DNA of 64,000 nt, taken from assembly GCA_944392275.1 (NCBI GenBank), contig CALXWA010000002.1, forward strand, positions 60,664 through 124,663. The letters are read 5' to 3'. Every line of letters begins with the position of its first letter. Within the stretch, counting starts at the first letter, position 1. Under the pieces are notes generated by a model, which was not told the DNA's origin, made no database searches, and saw only the letters and a program-made list of their open reading frames with translations. Position numbers and translations under genes: made by a program. The stretch is from an uncultured Alphaproteobacteria bacterium. Lineage in GTDB: Bacteria; Pseudomonadota; Alphaproteobacteria; RF32; CAG-239. This document shows, one piece after another, positions 58,526-64,000 of the stretch.

Positions 58526-59589
58526 AAAATTATATTATAAAACGTTTGTTCCTTATTCCGTTTACCCTTCTGGGAATCTTGATTTTGAACTTTGCCATTA
58601 TTCAGTTTGCACCCGGGGGGCCGGTAGAACATACCTTGGCAAAATATCAGGGCTTTAACGTTAACGCCACCGGACAATTAACCGGCGGAAGCGAATTAAA
58701 AAAAAGTTCTTCCACCTATCAGGGGGCTAACGGCGTTCCCGAGGATTTGGTTAAAGCTTTGGAAAAACAGTTTGGATTTGACAAACCCTGGTATTATCGC
58801 CTTGGTAAAATGATTGCGGATTATGCTTGTTTTGATTTTGGAAAAAGTTTTTATCAAAATAAATCGGTCGGACAATTGATTGTTGAAAGAATGCCGGTTT
58901 CGATTTCTCTCGGGTTATGGTCAACTTTGATTATTTATTTAATCGCTATCCCCTTGGGAATAAAAAAAGCGGTTCAAGATGGTTCAAAATTTGATGTTTG
59001 GACATCGGTGGCGGTGGTTGTCGGCTCAGCTATTCCGGTTTTTCTTTTTGCTGTTTTTTTAATTGTCTTTTTTGCCGGAGGAAATTATTTACAATGGTTT
59101 CCGTTGCATGGGCTTACGTCCGATAATTTTGAGGAGCTTTCTTTTTTTGGAAAAATAAAAGATTATTTTTGGCATATTACGCTTCCGGTGTTAACGATTG
59201 TTATCGGCGGATTTGCCAGCCTGACTATGCTTACGAAAAACTCTTTTCTTGATGAAATTAATAAGCCCTATGTTTTAACCGCTCGGGCAAAAGGCTTAAG
59301 TGAAAATCAGGTATTGTACGGACATGTTTTTCGCAACGCGATGTTGATTGTTATTGCCGGTTTTCCCGCCTTGCTTATAAAGATGCTTTTTACCGGTTCT
59401 TTGTTAATAGAGGTGATTTTTTCGCTTAACGGAATCGGCCTACTTGGATATGAAGCCATTATGACCCGGGATTATCCGGTGATTTTTGGGACTCTTTATA
59501 TTTTCGCTCTTATAGGCTTAATCTTAAAATTAATATCCGATATTACTTATTCTTTGATTGATCCGAGAATTAATTTTGATCATATCTAA
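58522..59589 (+). CDS. yejB: YejB-like ABC permease
   Basis: [35 protein letters not shown]; ATG 58522 overlaps the yejA stop. Confidence 0.9.
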   Translation: MKNYIIKRLFLIPFTLLGILILNFAIIQFAPGGPVEHTLAKYQGFNVNATGQLTGGSELKKSSSTYQGANGVPEDLVKALEKQFGFDKPWYYRLGKMIADYACFDFGKSFYQNKSVGQLIVERMPVSISLGLWSTLIIYLIAIPLGIKKAVQDGSKFDVWTSVAVVVGSAIPVFLFAVFLIVFFAGGNYLQWFPLHGLTSDNFEELSFFGKIKDYFWHITLPVLTIVIGGFASLTMLTKNSFLDEINKPYVLTARAKGLSENQVLYGHVFRNAMLIVIAGFPALLIKMLFTGSLLIEVIFSLNGIGLLGYEAIMTRDYPVIFGTLYIFALIGLILKLISDITYSLIDPRINFDHI

Positions 59590-59628
59590 AAAAAAGCACC
59601 GGTTTTCCGGTGCTCTTTTTTATCTTTC

Positions 59629-61014
59629 TTATTGTCCGTTTTTGATGCGGTCAATTAATTCTTTTACGGATGGTATCCCGTTGCGGTACAAAGGATCCGT
59701 TGCAAAACGGTAAACCTGATGTCCGGCAAAGAGCAAATTATCTTTTATACTCCCATTATGGCTGACATCATACAATGTCTTATGAATACAATAAGAACGC
59801 GGATCCGGCATGCGTCCGGTAGATCCATTGGCCTGAGACCAAGAAGAAAACTGACACTGGGAAAGACACCCAACACAATTTTTACGATCCTCTTTCATTT
59901 GGGCCCATTCTTGTGGAGTTAAAAAGACGACGGTAGAATCCGGCGTTTCTCTAATCTCTGTATAACCAGCCGCAATTTGATTTTGTGCTTTGGTCATGTC
60001 TTCTGCTTTAATGTAAACGGTTTTGGTTGCCATTTTCAACGGTGTATTAAAGTCATCCGTCTGTTCTGCAGAAAAGCTAATTTCTCCTTGTTTACGTTCA
60101 ATCAACCGTTCCAAAAACGTATTTTTGATTGCCGATGAGAAAAAGCCTGTCGGACTAAATTTTTGCAAAATGACGTCCCCTTTTTTCAGGTGCAACATCA
60201 GCTTTTTCCACGCGTCGCTGATTGGGCTTTCTTTAGTAATCATCGGACGGGTTCCAAATTGGAAAGCTATTTTTCCAATCTCGGGATTATTGATATAATC
60301 CTTCCAATCATCCAAAGCCCAAACGCCTCCCGCCAAAATAATCGGGCGATCTTCCAAACCGAGGCTATTCATGACCTTACGTAGTTCAACCAAACGCATA
60401 TACGGCTTTTGCGGAGAATTCGGATCCTCGGCATTTGATAATCCATTGTGACCACCGGCCAACCACGGATCTTCATAAACAACACCACCAAGGTATTCGC
60501 AAAAACGGTTGTAAGCTCTTTTCCATAAAATTTGAAAAGCTCTGGCGGATGAAACAATCGGGTAATAATAGACCTCAAAACGAGCGGCAATTTCACCCAG
60601 TCTGTACGGCAAGCCTGCGCCACAAGTTACCCCGTGAATCAAGCCCTTTGCTTTTTCCAAAACCCCATTTAAAATTTCTTCAGAACCGCCTAATTCCCAT
60701 AACATATTCATATGAATACGGCCGTTTCCTCCGGAAACTTCATGGGCAATTTGGGCTTGAGCGACCCCACCTTTGATTGATTGTTCAATCATTTCGGCAT
60801 GGCGTTCTTTACGATCTTTTTTCAGGTATTTTTCGATAATTACATGACCTTCACTGTCATAATAGTCCGGGCTGACTCCGGAAAAGGTTCCAACACAGTT
60901 TTCGTGGGCCCAAGCTCCGGAGCTGCGTCCATCACTGCCATTAATCCCCTTACCACCTTCAACCAGCGGGAGGACTTCTTTGCCAGAGATGACTATCGGT
61001 TTTAAGTCTATCAT
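59629..61014 (-). CDS. Nitronate monooxygenase/FabK-like flavin oxidoreductase
   Basis: PLVEGGKG, CGAGLP, EDPWLAGGHNG, AGGVW, QFGTR, CVGCLSQC. Confidence 0.8.
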   Translation of the reverse strand: MIDLKPIVISGKEVLPLVEGGKGINGSDGRSSGAWAHENCVGTFSGVSPDYYDSEGHVIIEKYLKKDRKERHAEMIEQSIKGGVAQAQIAHEVSGGNGRIHMNMLWELGGSEEILNGVLEKAKGLIHGVTCGAGLPYRLGEIAARFEVYYYPIVSSARAFQILWKRAYNRFCEYLGGVVYEDPWLAGGHNGLSNAEDPNSPQKPYMRLVELRKVMNSLGLEDRPIILAGGVWALDDWKDYINNPEIGKIAFQFGTRPMITKESPISDAWKKLMLHLKKGDVILQKFSPTGFFSSAIKNTFLERLIERKQGEISFSAEQTDDFNTPLKMATKTVYIKAEDMTKAQNQIAAGYTEIRETPDSTVVFLTPQEWAQMKEDRKNCVGCLSQCQFSSWSQANGSTGRMPDPRSYCIHKTLYDVSHNGSIKDNLLFAGHQVYRFATDPLYRNGIPSVKELIDRIKNGQ

Positions 61015-61059
61015 TTATTTCCTTCTTTTTGTTAGTTAACTATTGCGTTTTATATCATA

Positions 61060-62517
61060 TTATGGTGCTAAATCAAGCAAATTCTTAGGGATATCATTAA
61101 CTGAAACAAGGGCTATTATAATACAAATCAAGGCATAAACCTGTAACATATCCGTGATACTTTTGTTCTTAAATATTGGGAAAATGTTACTGTATTTATG
61201 AAAGCTCCGGTTAATCAGTATCATAATACATGTAGTTACTATTCCTTGAATTCCTAGGCTTATATTAGAAAAAAATGATGAACCCATTTTGAGCATTGGG
61301 GACAGAAATGTAAAAAACAACATATAGAGGCCTATAATAGCCCAAGAAATCTTTTGCATCTTTGTGTTTAATGCGGCTTTTTCTTTTTTATCTTTTTGCA
61401 TATTTTCAAAGGAAAGCTTGCTCACCTCTATTCCGCGGATTTTTTCGGGAGTGTGGAGTTGACGGCGAATATCGCTCATATCATGCGTAAACTTTTCTTC
61501 CATCATGCACAAACCACAGCCTTTTGATGTAAAGTAAACGTGATTATGGTCTTTTTTACATTGCTTTAAATGATGCATCAATTTCCATAAATGCTCTTGC
61601 CATTCGTAAGCTGTTGGTCGATCCCCGTCTCGGGTAAAAGCTCTTTCAAACAAATTGAGCGTATCTTTATCAAAGTACTCATGAATGCTGTAGGGATGCG
61701 GAGCCTGATAACTGTCTGGCCAGAGGCCGTATGCATAGTGGTATTCCTCAATACGATTTTGGATGGTTAACATTTTTTCGTTGTTTTTTCGCGGAACACC
61801 GGAAAACGGGTGTATTCCGTTATTTAACAACTTAAAAATAATAACGGCCAGAGCAAATTTATCTTGTTCTTCCCCCATCTCGGCACAGGATAAATTCATC
61901 CCTTCCGGATAGATGTATTCTTCACTGACAAATTCTGCCGGATAACGATTTTTTTCTCCAAGAATTGAAAAGCCATCGCAATCGATCATCGCAACCAGCA
62001 TGTTGTCTTTATAAACAAAGACATTTGAAGGCTTCAGATCAACAATATAATGGCCGCATTTGTGAAGAGAGGTAACCATTGAGGCTAAATTGTACGCTGC
62101 AAAGACACGGTATGCGTATTTTTCGGTTAAATTCAGCTTACGGCGGATGGCTTTTTGCATTAGATGATCCAAAGAAACTGCCGCCTCCATATTAATCATC
62201 GGCATCAAATAACCAACGCAAAATCCTTTATCGTCTTCTAAAATTGCCTCCGGCCAAGCAATTTGCGGATAAGATACACCATCTATTTCTACCGGATCAA
62301 ACTTGGGACGATTGAGCAGCATTCCTTCTAATTTTTTGCGATTAGTGCTGCTTTTTCCGGTGTTGTGAAATATTTTGGCAACCAAGGTCGGATTGTCTTT
62401 AATACGATAAATTTTACCCGAAGCTCCGCCTTTATTCAGGACATCCGACAAAACGATCTTTTTAAATGTTCCGTCCGCATATATTGCATTGAATGTTTTG
62501 TTTTGTGCTTCTTCCAT
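61060..62517 (-). CDS. YegI-like Ser/Thr protein kinase with C-terminal TM helices (TerY-P triad)
   Basis: GGASG, VAKIF, IAWPE..L, GYLMP, DLKPSN, IDCDGF, GIHPF; Cys/His cluster then three TM helices. Confidence 0.85.
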   Translation of the reverse strand: MEEAQNKTFNAIYADGTFKKIVLSDVLNKGGASGKIYRIKDNPTLVAKIFHNTGKSSTNRKKLEGMLLNRPKFDPVEIDGVSYPQIAWPEAILEDDKGFCVGYLMPMINMEAAVSLDHLMQKAIRRKLNLTEKYAYRVFAAYNLASMVTSLHKCGHYIVDLKPSNVFVYKDNMLVAMIDCDGFSILGEKNRYPAEFVSEEYIYPEGMNLSCAEMGEEQDKFALAVIIFKLLNNGIHPFSGVPRKNNEKMLTIQNRIEEYHYAYGLWPDSYQAPHPYSIHEYFDKDTLNLFERAFTRDGDRPTAYEWQEHLWKLMHHLKQCKKDHNHVYFTSKGCGLCMMEEKFTHDMSDIRRQLHTPEKIRGIEVSKLSFENMQKDKKEKAALNTKMQKISWAIIGLYMLFFTFLSPMLKMGSSFFSNISLGIQGIVTTCIMILINRSFHKYSNIFPIFKNKSITDMLQVYALICIIIALVSVNDIPKNLLDLAP

Positions 62518-63261
62518 TTACTTTACCTTTATCCAAACTAAGGTTTTGTCATCTGTATTCAGACGCTTGGCTTGTGGATTGTTTAATGTGTTTGTTAGGG
62601 CTTTAACCGCTTTTGTATGGACTTTTTCCGCCGTCAAAAAACGATCTATCGGAACGATAAATCCTTTTTCAATATCCTTAAAATCTTTTCCAAAAGAAAA
62701 ATTGGTTAAGCCGTCACTCATTAAAAAAATTTTTTGAAAATTCTCAATGGTTTTAAAACGAAGATTTTCTTTCCACGAATCTTGCGTATAGAAAAAAGTT
62801 TCACAAGAAAAGTTTCCGTTCTCGGGCAAAGAGGCACTAAAATTTTCATACCCCTCGTCATGAAGAGCAATGGCAGCCCCGTCCCCAATATGAAAAATAA
62901 TTCCTTTTCCGCAATTGTACACAATACCAATAAGCGTTGCCGCAAAATGGTTAATGTTTTTTTCTTTTTTATGTTTATTTAAGCGATGAAATAAAAGCTT
63001 TCGCCGTGACACATCTATAGCCCGAACAATCTCCTCGCGAATCATGGAAAAATTGCTGTTTTTTAGGATATCGCACAGCGTTTCACAAGCAATGCGAGCT
63101 CCGATTTTTCCATATTTGGCAGAACCGGCTCCATCAGAAACCACCGCAACAAAATTTTTCCCGCAACTATGTTTATAATAATCTTGGCATGGTAAACCTT
63201 TGTGCAGGTGCTGCGGCCCGATGACACTCGCGGCAATGACTTTTATATCAGAAGGTTTCAT
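62518..63261 (-). CDS. YegK-like PP2C phosphatase (TerY-P triad)
   Basis: ASVIG..H...LPCQD, SDGAGSA, HIGDG, MSDG, DDKTL. Confidence 0.88.
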   Translation of the reverse strand: MKPSDIKVIAASVIGPQHLHKGLPCQDYYKHSCGKNFVAVVSDGAGSAKYGKIGARIACETLCDILKNSNFSMIREEIVRAIDVSRRKLLFHRLNKHKKEKNINHFAATLIGIVYNCGKGIIFHIGDGAAIALHDEGYENFSASLPENGNFSCETFFYTQDSWKENLRFKTIENFQKIFLMSDGLTNFSFGKDFKDIEKGFIVPIDRFLTAEKVHTKAVKALTNTLNNPQAKRLNTDDKTLVWIKVK

Positions 63262-63937
63262 CTTCATTCCATTCGCCGGTATCATCCAAAAAATCTTGTG
63301 CATTCGGGCTTGCTTTGGATATGCACGAAACACTTCGGCTCAGCCACAGGAAAAATTCGGTAAACTTAAGACCCGTTAATCTCTTAGGTGAAATGGTCGA
63401 AAATTTTGCCAGTTTTTCCAAATTGGCACCTTGTGTCCCTACGGCATGAATCACAACTTTTTTATTGTCTTGTGCTTTGCGGCATTTGGCGGCAATTTGC
63501 TCCCAATCATAATCGGTCGGCTCACCATCGCTAATCAAAAAAATCCATGGACGCTTTGAGGTAATTCCGCAGCTATCATAAAGACATTTTTGTTCTTCAA
63601 TTTTTTGTAAAGCTAATTCCATTGCTTTTCCCAAAGGCGTTAAGCCTCCGGCTTCCATCACGGGAGCTTCAAAGTTCATCGCATCAACCCAATCCGATGA
63701 AATGACCGCCTCATCTTTTCCATAAGCTTTTATGATTAAGAGTTGGACTCTGGAACTGGCATCAATATCTTCTTTTAACTCGCGTTCCAAAGCTTTCAAT
63801 CCGGCATTGAGTTGTTTTATCGGTTCTCCTCTCATGGAGCCGGAACAATCCAAAACCAAGACACAAGGTGTTCTTTCGTTAGCATTGTCTGCAAATTCCA
63901 CATAGGGAATCATTTCATTATCGAAATTCTCGGACAT
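63248..63937 (-). CDS. TerY/YegL-like vWA domain protein (TerY-P triad)
   Basis: PCVLVLDCSGSM.GEPI, GLTPLG.A, RPWIFLISDGEPTD, FFLWLS.S. Confidence 0.9.
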   Translation of the reverse strand: MSENFDNEMIPYVEFADNANERTPCVLVLDCSGSMRGEPIKQLNAGLKALERELKEDIDASSRVQLLIIKAYGKDEAVISSDWVDAMNFEAPVMEAGGLTPLGKAMELALQKIEEQKCLYDSCGITSKRPWIFLISDGEPTDYDWEQIAAKCRKAQDNKKVVIHAVGTQGANLEKLAKFSTISPKRLTGLKFTEFFLWLSRSVSCISKASPNAQDFLDDTGEWNEDETF

Positions 63938-63950
63938 CTTTTATCTCCTA

Positions 63951-64000
63951 TTATCGGGACGGATATGTATGAGGATACCCGCTTCCGACAACCGGCTCCG
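63951..64000 (-). CDS. Possible 3' end of an upstream gene that runs off the window
   Basis: Minus-strand frame ...EPVVGSGYPHTYPSR* stops just before the vWA gene RBS. Confidence 0.3.
   Translation of the reverse strand, partial: EPVVGSGYPHTYPSR

Overview
Chromosomal window of a low-GC Alphaproteobacterium, probably an uncultured gut RF32/Rhodospirillales-like lineage. This is inferred from the rpmH-rnpA-yidD-yidC-engB, cmk-rpsA, dnaK-dnaJ, accA/accD, ihfB-lapA and yejAB blocks, RpoH-type promoters and an RquA-like gene. It opens with three tandem, mosaic type IV pilin-like genes with an unusual G|RSMVE cleavage motif. It holds four tRNAs, MacAB-TolC, a FeoA-FeoB fusion, a stand-alone signal-peptide GH24 lysozyme and a TerY-P (vWA/PP2C/kinase) triad. 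An AT-rich element of about 8 kb is inserted in tRNA-Val(GAC); it encodes a tyrosine integrase, an excisionase, an HUH Rep-like protein and a GHKL-STAS-membrane module. Most notable: (1) an unannotated 46-aa, 11-Cys metallothionein-like gene behind a CsoR-type operator and followed by csoR; (2) a 112-nt insertion with RNA-type structure in the T-loop of the displaced 3' half of tRNA-Val; (3) the element's defence-like cargo and a switch-like structured leader. All calls come from reading the sequence and motifs by eye; no database searches were run.
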